A DNA stretch of 64,000 nt from Neocallimastix sp. 'constans' (Eukaryota): the NCBI GenBank assembly GCA_050613775.1, contig JBODTK010000011.1, forward strand, positions 558,001 through 622,000. The letters are read 5' to 3'. The notes below the pieces were generated by a model that worked only from the letters and a program-made list of their open reading frames with translations, made no database searches and had not been told where the DNA came from. Positions 13,322 through 28,112 of the stretch are shown here, in pieces. The position numbers and the translations under genes were made by a program. Numbering within the stretch: the stretch's first letter is position 1; each line of letters begins with the position of its first letter.

Positions 13322-14741
13322 TTTTAATACTATACTATATAATATTATAATTGATAGTGAAATTAATGAAATAATATTAATTACGACCCTTATATGTATA
13401 TCAATTATTATATTATTCATAATATTTACCATATATAATAAAAAAAAAAGTGTTGTAAACGATACAGGAATAATAAAAATTTGTATTATTTCAATAGGAA
13501 TTATATTATATTTTATCAGTAGTTTATTTTTAACTTATTCAGATTTTTTAGATTGTTATTTCTTCATATTATTTAAACATGTTGGTATTTTATTAATAAT
13601 CTCTATGTTATATTTAATAATATCTGTTAATTTTGAACTTGGCTTTGGAAATAATAAAAATGATAATACAATTAATAATTTGATATTTAAAACAACATCA
13701 ATTCAAGAGGAAGGTGAAAATGAAGAACAGTATAGCAACAATATTGAAGCTAATAATGAAATATCAGGAAATAGTATCAGTTCAATAAAAAATATTTTGA
13801 ATCAAATTAAAAAAAATAAAAAATTAAATAGTAAAAATACGATAAACGAAGTAAATGAAAGTGTACTACAAAAAATAAAAAAAATAAAAAACATATTCTT
13901 TGAAATTATTTTGTTTGATTTTATTCTAATATGTATTTTGATATTATTTTTATTTTTCAAATATATGAATCATCAAAAAGATAATGATATTAATAGTAAC
14001 ATAATAAAAAATAAAAATAATGAATGGTCCTTTAAATGTGATTTGAATGAAATGGATTTTATTTTTAATTCATTAGAGTTTATAAGTTTTATAAAAATAG
14101 CAATCATGGGAAACCGTATATTAGAATTTAGTAATATATTTAAAATTACAAAATATATTACTTATTCAATACAATTTGCTGTTATTTTTGGTCCTTTAGC
14201 AAATGTAATTTATTATTAAATAAAAAATAATATTACTTATTTTATTTATATATTTATTTATTTATTTTATTTTAAAAAATATTTAAAAAAAAAAAAAATA
14301 ATAATAATTATTTTTATGATTTTATTCATATTTTTTTTTTTTTTTTTTTTTTAGATTGTTAGCTTTATTTTTCTAAATAATCAGAGATATGGTAAAATTA
14401 AATTTGATTTTTACTTTAACTCATTATTCAATTTTATTATATTCATTTCAATTTCGTGGGAAAAAATATATTTAATAATTAAGGGAAAAGGAAATGATTC
14501 TACTAAATATTTTATTTATAGAAGACATGATCTTTGTGAAAAGCATAGTTCAACAACATGTTCTTGTAAATTAAATATAACAAATATAGAACTTTTAAAT
14601 TATACACAAAACTCAATTATGTTCTATAAAATATGTACATCCTTCTATGAAATTATTGATGGAAAAATCACATATATTAGTAATGAATCAAAAATTGATA
14701 TATTATATAATAGTAATATATTTCCACATAATAATCACTAA
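9101..14741 (+). CDS. ~1316-aa receptor-like protein: signal peptide, beta-helix (pectin-lyase/Pmp-like) ectodomain, EGF-like module, GPCR-like 7TM region; 11 exons
   Basis: Exons 9101-9663, 9800-9954, 10058-10220, 10348-10457, 10578-10728, 10917-11277, 11414-11565, 11897-12621, 12831-13167, 13358-14204 and 14355-14741. All introns are GT-AG with consistent phases (3951 nt total). Motifs NCNF/NCTF, FENN..GGAI, NGGAL, FGGAI, then CECLPGYNGIYC, then several hydrophobic helices. Confidence 0.85.
11580..11830. repeat. Intronic (AAT)n/(GAT) microsatellite
   Basis: Direct reading; lies in intron 7 of the receptor gene. Confidence 0.9.
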
Positions 14742-14964
14742 TAGTATAAAATAATTCAGTTATTATAGATTATTTATAATTTTTGATAGTATACTATTAT
14801 ATATCATATATATCATATATAAACAATTTTTAAATCATAAATTATATAATTTTATTATTATAAAATATAACAAAATATTATTTTTAAATATATTAATAAA
14901 TGCTAATATTAAATATTTCATAAAATTTTAAATATGATTTTTTTTTTTTTTAACTGATATTATA

Positions 14965-15150
14965 ACTTTACTTATTTTACTTTATTTTTATTAATACTTT
15001 AATATTTTATATTACTTCACTATTTATTTTATTTTACTTTATTTTTATTAATACTTTAATATTTTATATTACTTCACTATTTATTTTATTTTATTTTATT
15101 TTTATTAATACTTTAATATTTTATATTACTTCACTATTTATTTTATTTTA
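14965..15150. repeat. Three tandem copies of a ~57-bp AT-rich unit
   Basis: TTATTAATACTTTAATATTTTATATTACTTCACTA occurs three times. Confidence 0.8.
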
Positions 15151-15938
15151 TTTTATTTTATTTTATTTTATTATTATTATAAAATTTTTACTTTAAAAAT
15201 ATTAATATTTTATTATATTCTTTTTTTTTTTTTTAATTTTATTATATAATATATATATATATTTTTTTTTTTCAAATTAAAAACATAAAATTAAAAACAT
15301 AAAAAAAGAAAGAAAAATAATAAAAAAAAGAATAATTTGTAAATTATTTTCTAATATAACTTTTTTTTTTTATTTCACTGCTATAATTTCTCCATTTTAA
15401 TATAAATAAATAAAAGCCCATTTTAATTCTATTATTTTTTTTTTTTTATTTTTTTATCTATATATTAAAAGTATAATATTTAATATATATATATTCATTA
15501 TTATTTATTATTATTATTGCTATTATTATTATTTAAAAATTCTTTTTATCCTCTTTTTTTATTTTATCCTTCTTAATAATTTAATTTTTATATTTTATTT
15601 ATTATAATTTATAATTAAATTTTTTACATTTTTTATTTTTAATTTTTTTATTGTTGTATCCTTTTAATCAATTTTTTTGATTTGTTACAGAAGATTTTAT
15701 TTTATTATTGTTTCACAATAAAGGGAAAAAAAAAAAAAAAAAAAAAAATTAAATAGAAATAAATGATTTTTAATTATAATTATTTCTATTATTTGAAAAT
15801 GGCTGAGTTTAGTATTTTTTTAATCATATTAATATTATTATTACTCATATTAATATTATTATTAAATTTAATGTATATTTGTGGCTTAATAATATAATGT
15901 AAATTTATTAATTTATAAATTATTATATAAGACATTTA

Positions 15939-15972
<34 letters not shown>

Positions 15973-16419
15973 AAAAAATAAAGATGGATAAAAACCAACC
16001 TTTTAATCCTTTTATTTGTTCTATTCTATTCCATTCTATTCTATTTTATTACATTTCTTTTCTTTTATTAAAAGTACTATCTAATATAAAACAAATAAAG
16101 AAAAAAACATTGCTTTTTAATTCAATAAATTATATTTTTATTTCATATAAATTGTTTTTTATGTATTTTACTTTTTTATTTTTATTTATATAAAAATTTT
16201 TTTTTTTTATTTTTATTATTATTTTTTATTTTTTCTATTTTATTTTTTATTTTTTTTCTCTTTGTATTTAATTTTTCTCATTTTTTATTTTGTTATTTTC
16301 GGTTGTTGCATAGCAGAGATAAAAAAAATTTTTTTTTTTTTTGTAAATTTTTAAGAAGATTCTGAATGTATAAAAAAAAATTTTTAATAAATTTATTTAA
16401 ATATTCTAATAAATACGGT

Positions 16420-17365
16420 TTTAAATAATAAATAATAAATAATAAATAATAATTAATAATTAATAATAAATAATTGAATAATTAAATAATAAATAATAAA
16501 TAATTAATAATAAATAATAAATAATTAATAATAAATAATAAATAATAAATAATAAATAATAAATAATAAATAATAAATAATAAATAATTAATAATAAATA
16601 ATAAATAATAAATAATTAATAATAAATAATTGAATAATTAAATAATAAATAATAAATAATAAATAATAAATAATAAATAGTAAATAATTTATTAATAAAT
16701 AATTGAATAATAAATAATAAATAATAAATAATAGAATAATAAATAATAAATAATAAATAATAAATAGTAAATAATTTATTAATAAATAATTGAATAATAA
16801 ATAATAAATAATAGAATAATAAATAATAAATAGTAAATAATAAATAATAGAATAATAAATAATAAATAATAAATAGTAAATAATTTATTAATAAATAATT
16901 GAATAATAAATAATAAATAATAGAATAATAAATAATAAATAATAAATAGTAAATAATTTATTAATAAATAATAAATAATTGAATAATAAGTAATAAATAG
17001 CAATACATAGTAAATAATAAATAAATAGTAAATAATTGAATAATTAAATAATAAATAATAAATAATGGAATAATAAGTAATTAATAATAAATAATTGAAT
17101 AATTAAATAAATAATAAATAATAAATAATAAGTAATAAATAATTAATAATAAATAATAAATAATAAATAATAAATAATTAATAATAAATAATAAATAATA
17201 AATAATAAATAATAAATAATAAATAATAAATAATTAAATATTAAATAATTGAATAATAAATAATAAATAATAAAGAGTATTTATTAATAAATAATTAAAT
17301 AATTGAATAATAAATAATTAATAAATAATAAATAATAAAATAATAAATAAATAAATAAATAAATA
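16420..17365. repeat. Degenerate (AATAAAT)n heptamer satellite
   Basis: Direct reading. Confidence 0.9.
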
Positions 17366-18479
17366 ATAATACTTCAAAAAATAATTGTTATATTTTAATT
17401 ATATTTATTTGCATATTCATCTATTTATTATATTTAATATTTAAATATTTACTTAATTAATATTTATTTATTTATTTAATTAATTACTGTGAAAATTCAA
17501 AATTTTAGACTTTTTTTTTGTTACAACAAAAATTTATTTTTCATTTATTGAAAATATTTTATTTATTTATTTATTATTTATACATTCATTTATAAAAACA
17601 ATAATTTATTTATTTATTTAAACATTATTTATACATTTATATATTTATATGTATGAATATGAATAAACTTATGATACAAATTTTAATAAATATAAAAATT
17701 TTGCAAAAAAAACAAAAATTTATATATAAATAATAAATGGAACAATATATAGTAATATATTATGTATATAATTATAAATTAATTTTTAAATATTGTTTAA
17801 AACATAATTAAAAATAAAATTTATATTTGATAAGGTTTGAAAATCATTGAAAATTACCCATTTATTTATTTATCTATTTATTTATTATTTATTTATTATT
17901 TATTTATTATTTATTTATTATTTATATAATAAATTAATAGAATATAAAAATTTAATATATAAACTTTATTGTTTAATAAATAAATATTATTTACAATAAA
18001 AATTTCATATTTGAGGATTGAAAAATTTAATAATAGTCTTAATTATAAGCTATATAATTATTGAATTAAAATTTATTGAATATAATATTTATTTATTTAA
18101 ATTAATAATTATACATTTATTTATATTTAATATAATTATTTATTTATATTAATATTCATTCAATATTTCACCAATCTATTGAATAAGCTTTCCAAAAATT
18201 TTGAATTTACATAATCTTTTAAATTACACTGTAGATATAAACTTTTTTTTTCTAAATATATATTATTTTTCTTTATAGATAAACTTTCAATATCTTCATC
18301 TATTTATTCTTTTGATTTATTCAAATGGGAGTTAGAAAAGTGATTGAAAAAAAAGTTATAAAAAAAATGAGTAAATAAATAAACAATAAATAAAAGAATA
18401 AATAAATAATTAAATAATAAAAATTTACTTTTTTTAATTATGAAAATTTACCAAAAATTATATATAAAAAAAATATATT

Positions 18480-21280
18480 TTATACCAAAAAGAATGGAAT
18501 ATTCTTATATTCATATAAATAAATGAATGGATAAAGGGTAAAATAAATAAATAATTGCTTTAAACCATTATATTTCAAGTAACTTGACATTTCTATATAG
18601 CATTGCCTTTCAGCTTGTTCTAAGCCATATAGAGATTTATCTAATATTCAATATTTTTCAGAGTTATAATTTTCATCTCCTTCTGGTATATCCATGTATT
18701 TTTCTTCTTCTAATTTAACATTTATATAAGCTGCTTTTATATCCATTTTTCTTAAGTTCTATTTATATTGTGATGCAATGACAAATGTAATTTTTAAACT
18801 CTCTGCTTCAATTGTTAGTTAATATGTGGGGGTATAATTAATATCTTTTCTTTGTTTGATACCACGAGTAACTAATCTTATGTTTATTAAATCATTATCT
18901 TAGGTAGTAAATATTAATCTTGTATCAATTAAAGTAGTATCTTTTGGGATATGCTTAACAATTATCATTACCTTTTATTCATATATATATTATCGACTAT
19001 TTTTTTTTTAATTGAATCTTCCCATTAACTTGAATCATTAGAATTTAAAGCTTCATCATAACTTTTGGAATTTACCTTTTTAATTATTAATATTTTATTT
19101 TTCTTCATTATTAATTATTCAATTATCATTTGTATTTACTTCTTCATTTAAATTAATTGATTTTCTTTTGTTGTTATTTTTAAAAATATCAATATTTTCT
19201 ATTTAATTTTTAATTTCTAAATTATTTTATTTAATATCTTGAATATTTGTATCCTTATTATTTTCATTAAAATTATTTAAATTATTGGTTTAAGTTTTAT
19301 CAATTAAAAATTCGAATTTTGACTTGTATTGAAATTTCCTTGTTTTTCATTTCAATTCATACTTTCACTAATATTGTTATTAGTGTTACTGTTGTTATTG
19401 TTCAATATAATTTTATTATTGTTATTAATATTTTCTTTCCTAATAATATTAGAATTATTTGAATTACTCAATTGATCTTTTTTTTTTTTTTCACCCTCAA
19501 TTGAATAACTCTTAAAGGAAGATTAGAATAAACTTATTCTTTTAAATGAAAAGTAATATTAATAGATCCAGGAATATTTTCCAAAAAAAAAATAGGCATT
19601 TCTAGCGGAAACAATACAATTAGATGATAGATCTAAAATATGATAACTAGTAGAATCCAAGGCATAACCAAGAAAAATCCTTATATTGAGAGTTATTTAC
19701 AAATTTATTCATTTTATGATTGTTGTAAAAAAAATATACAACCAAAAACACGTAGGTGTGAGATATCAATAGATTTGTTGAAAAAGACTTTATCCATGAT
19801 TTTTGAATTATTACCTTAATGAAGATTACAATTGTAGGAACGACATGCATATTTGAAAGCAAAATCCTAAAAATAAAGTGATAAATTGGCAGAATTAAGT
19901 AAAGTGGGTTACACAATTATTAAAAGTTTGTATTATTCATTCTGAACGACCATTTTATTTAATATCTTAACAATATTCTTAGTATTTTTATCTAAAATTG
20001 AACGTTGTCTTTCATCATTTTCTTTCAAGTCATTAAAACTTTCTTCAAAGTTGTCTCTTCTCGACTTAGGACTATAATTTTGATTTGTTTACATTCTAAA
20101 ATTTTAGAATTGTCATTTTCATAAATCTTTATTGTCATATTCTTCACTTTCATAATTATTGTTTTAAGAAGTTATTTCTTCTAAAGATTCTCATGAATTT
20201 TTTTAATTTATTATTTTCCATTATAGAATTTGAAAAAAAATTTTTTTTTTTAAAAAAAAAAAAATATGAATAAGAAACTTTAATTTTGAAATCTAATTTA
20301 AATAATTCTGAAATTTGTAAATTGTTGATTTGTTAACAAACTTGTCATATTTTTGTATTTTTCATCTCGTATGGCCCATTAGTTAAGTGTTACTCTTAAT
20401 CTATTAAGAATGTAATGGAGATCTCACAATTTCAATATAGATTATTTATAGTGAATATAGCTTTTTTTTTTTTTTTTTTTTTTTACCTTTGGTGTGTACC
20501 ACCTTTATTTTCAGCCCCTTCTCCTCAAGGCATAGAAATATTGAGAATAGTTACAACACTTCCGTATGCTTTCGTATAGGTGAATATTGTTACTGCTGGA
20601 GGACCATACTTAGTGTTCAGCATTGGCTCTCTTACATGTATATCAATACTTTGAATTTTCTCGTACGCTTTTTCTTTGAATGCCTCTCCTATTCCTAACT
20701 TCCCTTTGAAGCGAGGCCACTATAACCTAACCCAAGAAGTTAAGTATTAGCTCTCTTGACAATTGCATATTAGTCAGAAAAAAAATTGCTTTTTAGTGGA
20801 ATATATATTTATCACTCTTTAGTAGAATATACCTTCATGGGCACATGATATATATCAATATGTTCGAAATTCCCTCATAAAAGTAATGAATGACAATACT
20901 TGCACATTCTTCTCAGGCCCACAGTAAGGACAGTATCTTGTCTATATTACTTAGGAGATTAAGAATAATATATTTATATGAGGGGGAAATACTCACCTGT
21001 AACAATATTCCATAAAAAGCCTCTTGTGTGGAAAACCTTGGAAATGGTCAAAGGTAGAACTTGGTTCAAAAATAAAGATATAAGTGGCTTTTATTTATTT
21101 ATATTTAATTATATGAAAAATTATATGAAAAGATTATTACAGTTTAGCAAATAGCTATTTAATAACTAATAATTAATGTATTCATAGTGTGGATAATAGT
21201 GGCGTATTAATATCGAAATGTATAATGTATAATGTATAATTATAGTGTAACTATTTATTATTTATTATATAATTTTAACA
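18480..21280 (-). mobile_element. Highly degenerate Ty1/copia relic
   Basis: Minus-strand peptides LDKSLYGLEQA (~18615-18645), DIKAAY (~18725-18745), RLVTRG (~18862-18880) and integrase NGRSE (~19940-19955). An LTR-like end reads TGTTAAAA from 21280 and shares TAATACGCCAC with the LTR at 2806. Boundaries are approximate. Confidence 0.75.
20462..21010 (-). mobile_element. 3'-terminal fragment of a non-LTR retrotransposon with poly(A)
   Basis: T run at 20462-20484 (poly(A) on the minus strand), raised GC content, and minus-strand peptide RYCPYCGPEK resembling the C-terminal zinc finger of the LINEs at 56-64 kb. Confidence 0.55.
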
Positions 21281-22232
21281 ATTGTTTTTCAAAATTTTTT
21301 TATTTTATAATTTTATTTCTTTTTGTATTAAATTTGTTATATTCATATATATGATTCATTATAATGTTACACTATTGAATAATACATTAATAAATATATT
21401 AATAAACATATTCATAATATTTATTTCAATTAATTAAGAATTTAAGTTTAAATTTATGGTAATACAAAAATTTGATAATCCAATATTTAAACTTTATTAA
21501 ATAATATTCTATAATGATATTTAATAAATTTTATATTTTTTCTATATTATACAATATATTATGAATTGAAAATAATATACGTAAAAAGCAATTTTTTTTA
21601 CATTTTGTAAATTCTATTAAATATATTTAGTAGAATGATATATAAATAATATAGTGTAACATATATTTAAATACAATAGATAATATATATAGATGAACAA
21701 ATAATTAAATAATAATAAAAAAGAGAATTTATTAATAAATAAGTAATAATTAAATATATAAATAAATATATAAATAATAAATAATAATAATAAATAATAA
21801 ATATAAATTGAATATATAAATAAATAATATAAAATAATATAAAATAAAATTTAAAATTAAAAAAAAAAAAAAAATGTTATTGTAAATTATAATAATATAT
21901 AATAAATTTTATAAATTTTATAATATAATAAATTATAATAAATTATAATAAATAATAATAATAATAATAATATATAATACAAAAAAAAAATTTTTTTTTT
22001 TAAATATATAGTGAAAATATATATATATACTTTTTTTCTTTTTTTTTTTTTTTTTTTTATTAAAGAATAATTTTTTTAAAGAAAAATTAAGGAAAGAAGG
22101 TTTTTATTACTATTTCTTCGAAAAACCTTATATTTGAAAACAAAACAACTAAAATTAGTTAAAAAAAAATATAATTTATTGTTACCATTTTAAAATTTTT
22201 TACTACTTATTAAATATAATATAAAATTCAAA

Positions 22233-23443
22233 ATGCCATCAAACTGGGCCTACATTCCTTTAACTGGAGATCTTAGAAATGATATTATTGCTTTCAAAAG
22301 AAATATTCCAAAAGAATGGCAGGTATAAATCAAAAATAAATATAAATATATATTCATATAATTTTTTTTTTCAATATATATATAAGTATATAAGTTTTTT
22401 TTTTTATTTTTATGTTTTATTTTTTTTTTATTTTTATTTTTATTTTTATTTTTATTTTTATTTTTATTTTTTATTGTTTATTTAATAAATTTAAGATAAA
22501 ATACTCGGAAAAAAAAAGTCTTTTGTTATAAAGCAAATCTTAAATTTGTTTATTAATAAATTTTTTTTATTGTTTATTAGTTTTAAAAATTTTTAACAGT
22601 AATAAGATTAAATTTTATTTAATCTTTTAATATGCTTATAATATAGTTTTATAATCAGTAATAAAATAATTTAAAAGAAAATTTTTATATATAAATAAAT
22701 TAGAGAAAAATCTACTTTTTATTAAAAAAATTTTATTGATAATAATGATATATATATATTTTTTTTAAATAAAAATCTTATTTATTAAATAAATAGTGTG
22801 ATTACTACGGTAGACCATTGACTGAAAATAATGATGAAAGCAGTAGTACTAAAATTACCTTTTTATTAAATCTTCCAGCTAGAAAACAAGAAGAAGTTAT
22901 GCAAAGTCTTGAAACTTTACTTGGTTCTACCCCATCTTTCTCTATAAGGTTAATATAAAAAATTATTTTTTTAAATCATAATATAAGAAGTATTATACTA
23001 TAAATAAATTTATAGAAAAAAAAAAAAGTAAAAATAACAAATTTGTTAATAAATATTAATTTCCTATATTTCTATTTTGATATAATGTTATTAACAAAAA
23101 TAAAAAAAAAAAAAGATTTGGTGAATTATTCTTCTCAAGAGTTGATAGAATTCGTGAAGTACAAGGTGTTCATTGTATTGGTATTGCTGTCGGTGATAAG
23201 GATGGTACATTAAGAGCTTTACGTGAAAAGGCTGCTAAAGAAACTCGTGGAAAGATTCCATATGAAGGTCCAGGTCATCTTTCTTTAGTTTATATTTTAC
23301 CAGCTTACGCTGAAGAAGCTAAAAAATATATGATGGAAAAGAAGAGATTCTTCAAGGGAAAGAGAATAGTAGTCCAACATGTTGATGCTGAATTTTGGGA
23401 TGGAAATAGTTATAGAGTTGATTTAGTTAACCAAAACCTTTAA
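22233..23443 (+). CDS. 189-aa 2H phosphoesterase (cyclic phosphodiesterase)-like protein; 3 exons
   Basis: Exons 22233-22322, 22797-22948 and 23116-23443, GT-AG and in phase. Protein MPSNWAYIPLTGD...STKITFLLNLP...PYEGPGHLSLVY...DLVNQNL*. HLSLVY fits the second Hx(S/T) motif; the first motif position reads KITF. The gene model is more secure than the family call. Confidence 0.72.
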
Positions 23444-24879
23444 GGAAAAAAAATCAACCATAACAAAAAAAAATCATAGTATTCTGTAAACGAAATTGAG
23501 TTGTATATATACACAATATTATTTTATTTACAAAAATAAGAAATGATTAAATTAATTTTTTTTATAAACGATTTATATAAAAAAAATTAATACCCATCAC
23601 CCATCACCTTTTATAGAAACAAAATTAATTTTGTAGTATTTAAATTCAAATAATATTTATATATATATATTTTAAAATGGACATGAAAAAAAAAAATGAA
23701 GAAATGAAAAAAATGGAAAATGGAAAAAGAAAATATAATTTTTTTAATACGATCGAAAAAAATTTTTTTTATTATTTATAATTTACCTATAATGTTCTAT
23801 TTATTTTAATATATTTCATTGTATTGAAAAAATTTATAGTATGAAGAAATAGTAAAAAAAGGAAAGAAAAAAAAAATCAAAAGTTTATAATAATTATATA
23901 CAATGGAATAACTTTTTTTTTTATTAAAATAATTCATTTTATATTTAAAGAAAATTAAAATGAATAGAAAGTTATTGAAATCAAACCATAATCATGATGA
24001 GATTGATATACCCATACCCAATATTTTATTATAAACTTTATATACCTTCTTAATAAGACAAATAAAAAAATAATAATATTTAACAAATAAGAAAAGATTT
24101 ATAGCTTAAAAAAAAAAAAAAAAAACACGCATTTAAATTAAAAAATTAATAATAATTAAAAAAAGAGATAATAGGTAAACTTTAAATTCTATATATTATT
24201 ATTACTTTATAAATTATATATATATATATTTTATTAGAAAAGATATATCATAATTTATTTATATATATAAATAGTTTTTTTTTTATTAATAAACTAACAC
24301 TAAAATCTATTATATATATATAATTAAATTTTTAACAGAAAAATAAAAATGATAAAAAATGAAAACTTTTTTTTTTTTTTAAAAAAAAAATAGAGAAAAA
24401 CTTTAGTCTTTTTTATTTATTTTATTACTCTCTTCATTGATAAAAAAAAAAAACAACTAAACAACTAAAACAAAATAAAAACTAAACAAAAAGAAAAAAA
24501 ATTGATTTAAATTTTTTTTTTTATAAAAAATTCAAAAACAAAAACAAATCAAAAAATCAAGAAAATAATAAATTTTATATATTTCTGCTTTTAACAATTT
24601 ATATAAAAAAAAAAAAAAAAAAAAGGAAAAAAAAAAGAATAAAAAAGAAAAGATACAATAGTTTTTTTATTATATAAAAAAAATTAACAATAAAATAATA
24701 ATTAACAATACATATTAAATTTACAAAATAATCAGTATTTTATTTAAAGAGAAAAATATTTATATAATTATTATTATATTTAATTTATAAAATTTATACA
24801 AATAGGAAATAAATAAAAAAAATAATATCAAGAATTAACATTATTTATATAAAAATAATTAAAAATTTAGAAATATTAT

Positions 24880-25712
24880 TATTAAACAAATAATTAAAAT
24901 ATATAACAATTCAGTAAAAAAAAAAAATTAAACAAAAAAAAAAAAATACAATTTATATTAAAAATAATAATAATTATAATTATAATATAATATAATATTA
25001 ATATAATATATAAAGCAAAACAATAATAATATCTTTTATTTTTTTTCTTTTACTATTAAATTTTTTACTTTTTTTTTTTTTTTTAATGAAAAGAAATATA
25101 TATATAATATTATTAAAAATTTTATTTAAAATCAGACTATTATTAAAATAAAATAATAAAAATTATATTATTTTTATAAATATATATATATATATATATA
25201 ATCATTAAAAAAAATGAAATAAAAAAAAAATAAAAATAAAAATAAAAATAAAAATAAAAATAAAAATAAAAATAAAAATAAAAATAAAAATAAAAATAAA
25301 AATAAAAATAAAAATAAAAATAAAAATAAAAATAAAAATAAAAATAAAAATAAAAATAAAATAAAAATTTATTTAAATGGACTTATTATATATATATTTT
25401 TTTGTATATTTTTTTGTTGTTGCCTCTAAATCTTTATATATTTTAATTTTTTAAAATAATAGTTAATCTGTGTATATATACATATAAAGTTTATTCTTTG
25501 ACTAATATAATATATGATTTAAAATATACTATATTGTTTTTTTCCTATTATTTTGTTTTTTTTTATTATATGTATATCTTTATTATTTAACAAATAATTA
25601 AAATATATAACAATTCAGTAAAAAAAAAATACAATTTATATTAAAAATAATAATAATTATAATTATAATATAATAATAATATAATATATAAAGCAAAACA
25701 ATAATAATATCT

Positions 25713-25748
<36 letters not shown>

Positions 25749-25792
25749 GAAAAGAAATGTATATATAATATTATTAAAAATTTTATTTAAAA
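24880..25792. repeat. Local direct duplication (~24880-25130 and ~25586-25792) flanking an (AAAAAT)n tract
   Basis: Both copies share CAAATAATTAAAATATATAACAATTCAGT...GCAAAACAATAATAATATCTT...AATGAAAAGAAAT. Confidence 0.8.
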
Positions 25793-26004
25793 ATAAAAAT
25801 TTTATTTTTTATTGAAATAACTTTTATTTTATTTATTTTTTTTTTAAAAAAGTTTTTTTTTTTTTTTATTTATCTATTTATTTTTTTCTTTGCATATATT
25901 ATATATGTATATATATATATATTTTTTTTTTAATTCATATATATTAGAATCAATTTCATTTGTATTTCCACCATACTAAATATTACTTTTAACAATTCAA
26001 TAAT

Positions 26005-26039
<35 letters not shown>

Positions 26040-26044
<5 letters not shown>

Positions 26045-26499
26045 ACAGTTATCATACCATATATATTTGCCTTTATCAAATATTAAATAAAAAGGAGCAT
26101 CCTTGGCGAATACCACGATGTATTGGAAATTCTTGAGATACTAGAAACATTACCTGCTTTATCTTTAATGGAAACAGGTAATTGGGAAGAAGGGTATGAA
26201 GGTTTAGAGATTTTCTTAGGTCCAGACCAACTACGTTGAGTGTCAATTTTTTAAAAAATATTCACCCATGGAATGAATCAAATTTTTAAATCTAATTATC
26301 CTAATCTACCTCTTAATACTAATGATATAATGATATAGTCAGAAAGAATCCTTTATTCTTTGGAGCAATCACAAAATGATTGAAAATTGGATAAATTACT
26401 TCTAAGTTTTAAAATTTTTATTCCTTTTTATAAAATTTAGGCTTTTCATGAGGTAATTTCTTAATATAAAGCAGGAGTAATGGAATGCTGAACCCTTGT

Positions 26500-26543
<44 letters not shown>

Positions 26544-27570
26544 CTTTTCCTTGAATTTCATCACCTACTTCCTACTTCTACTTCATTGACTGTGATAATA
26601 AGTTTCTTTAACTACTGCATTAAAGTCCAGATTATTATTGTGTTCAAATTCATCCAGTAAGTATGTGAATTTATTAGAAGAGAGAAAATTGCTTCATGTT
26701 TATACTTACAAATTCGACTAGATCATTTGATTTTCTTACTAGGAGGCTACATAGTAAAACTATTAAGAAATATTTTTTTTCTTTAAAAGTAAGATTAAGT
26801 GGTAAATGATCAGTGATATTATTAAAAAAAGGTGCATATAGAAGCAATATTCGGATAATCTCTACATTTATCATTAACAGTAATAAAGTCAATATAAGAG
26901 TTCTTTCCAACATTAGACCAAGTAAACTGTTTAATCATGATGAAATCACCAATAATAACAGAAGGGTTATTCTGATGATTCTTGAAACAATTAGAACAAT
27001 TAGTTTTCGTTTTATTTTTAGATTTTTTTTTGTTTTTTATTTTATTTTATTTTATTTTTATCTTCGGAATTATTATAAACTTTAACTATTTTTATTGATT
27101 CATTTATTAAGTACATATTGATATGTTTTTTTTTTTTTTTTTTTTTAAAAGAAAAAATACCTAATATTAGTATAAGAAAAAATATTATTTGCCCAAATTG
27201 AATATAATAATATTTTAAATAGTAATGTGAAATAAAAAGGTAATGTTTAAATTAAAGTGTGTTAATAACTACACCTCCAAGATTAAAAGATATCTGTTTT
27301 AAAAGAAAATTCTTAAATCCAGATTAATGTTTGAATTGAAGATCTGAAAGGAAAGAAATTATGGTCTTCTCCTTTAGAGGTATTGGAACCCTGGTAGCCT
27401 GCTTTTATTTTGCGGCATTTTCGGCGTTGACACTTCTGGTTAATTTGATCAATTATTGGATGAATATCTACCTCTCTTCCATAAAATGGGTGAACCATTA
27501 ATCGGGAAGAACAAAAACCAAGTAACCAAGGATTACTGTCCCTTAATTTATCTTGTAAATTAGAGGCCCT
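26040..27570 (-). mobile_element. Degenerate, internally deleted LINE related to the copy at 57.2-61.2 kb
   Basis: 26100-26130 matches ~58897-58930. 26135-27000 matches ~59715-60580, e.g. GAAGGTTTAGAGATTTTCTTA.GTCCAGACCAAC and GAAGGGTTATTCTGATG. The extension to 27570 is tentative. Confidence 0.8.
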
Positions 27571-27571
27571 C

Positions 27572-27875
27572 ATATTTTATATTTTATATTTTATATTTTA
27601 TATTTTTATATTTTATATTTTATATTTTATGTTTTATATTTTATATTTTATATTTTATATTTTATATTTTATATTTTATATTTTATATTTTATATTTTAT
27701 ATTTTATATTTTATATTTTATATTTTATATTTTATATTTTATATTTTATATTTTATATTTTATATTTTATATTTTATATTTTATATTTTATATTTTATAT
27801 TTTATATTTTATATTTTATATTTTATATTTTATATTTTATATTTTATATTTTATATTTATATTTTATTTTTTTAT
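27572..27875. repeat. (TATTTTA)n heptamer microsatellite
   Basis: Direct reading. Confidence 0.95.
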
Positions 27876-28112
27876 ATTAAAATCTCCAAAGAGGAATAAA
27901 TTGGATGATTTATATGATTCTAATAAAAGCCATGTGAAAACTTAAGAGAATACATATTGGAAACTTGTAATGAGTGTTTCTTAGTGGGAATAACAGATAT
28001 TACCTACAGACCTACAGAACACTTAGGAGTGATTCCCGTTGACTATATAAGGTTGAATAAAAGAAAGAAAGAATGATAGAAAAAAAAAAAAAAAATAAAA
28101 TAAAAAATTATA

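Noticed and set aside
18140..18345. Minus-strand coding-like fragment
   Set aside because: Contains a stop and no identifiable motif.
27629..27880. Repetitive ORFs (also 2540, 11621, 16779, 45967)
   Set aside because: Translations of microsatellites.
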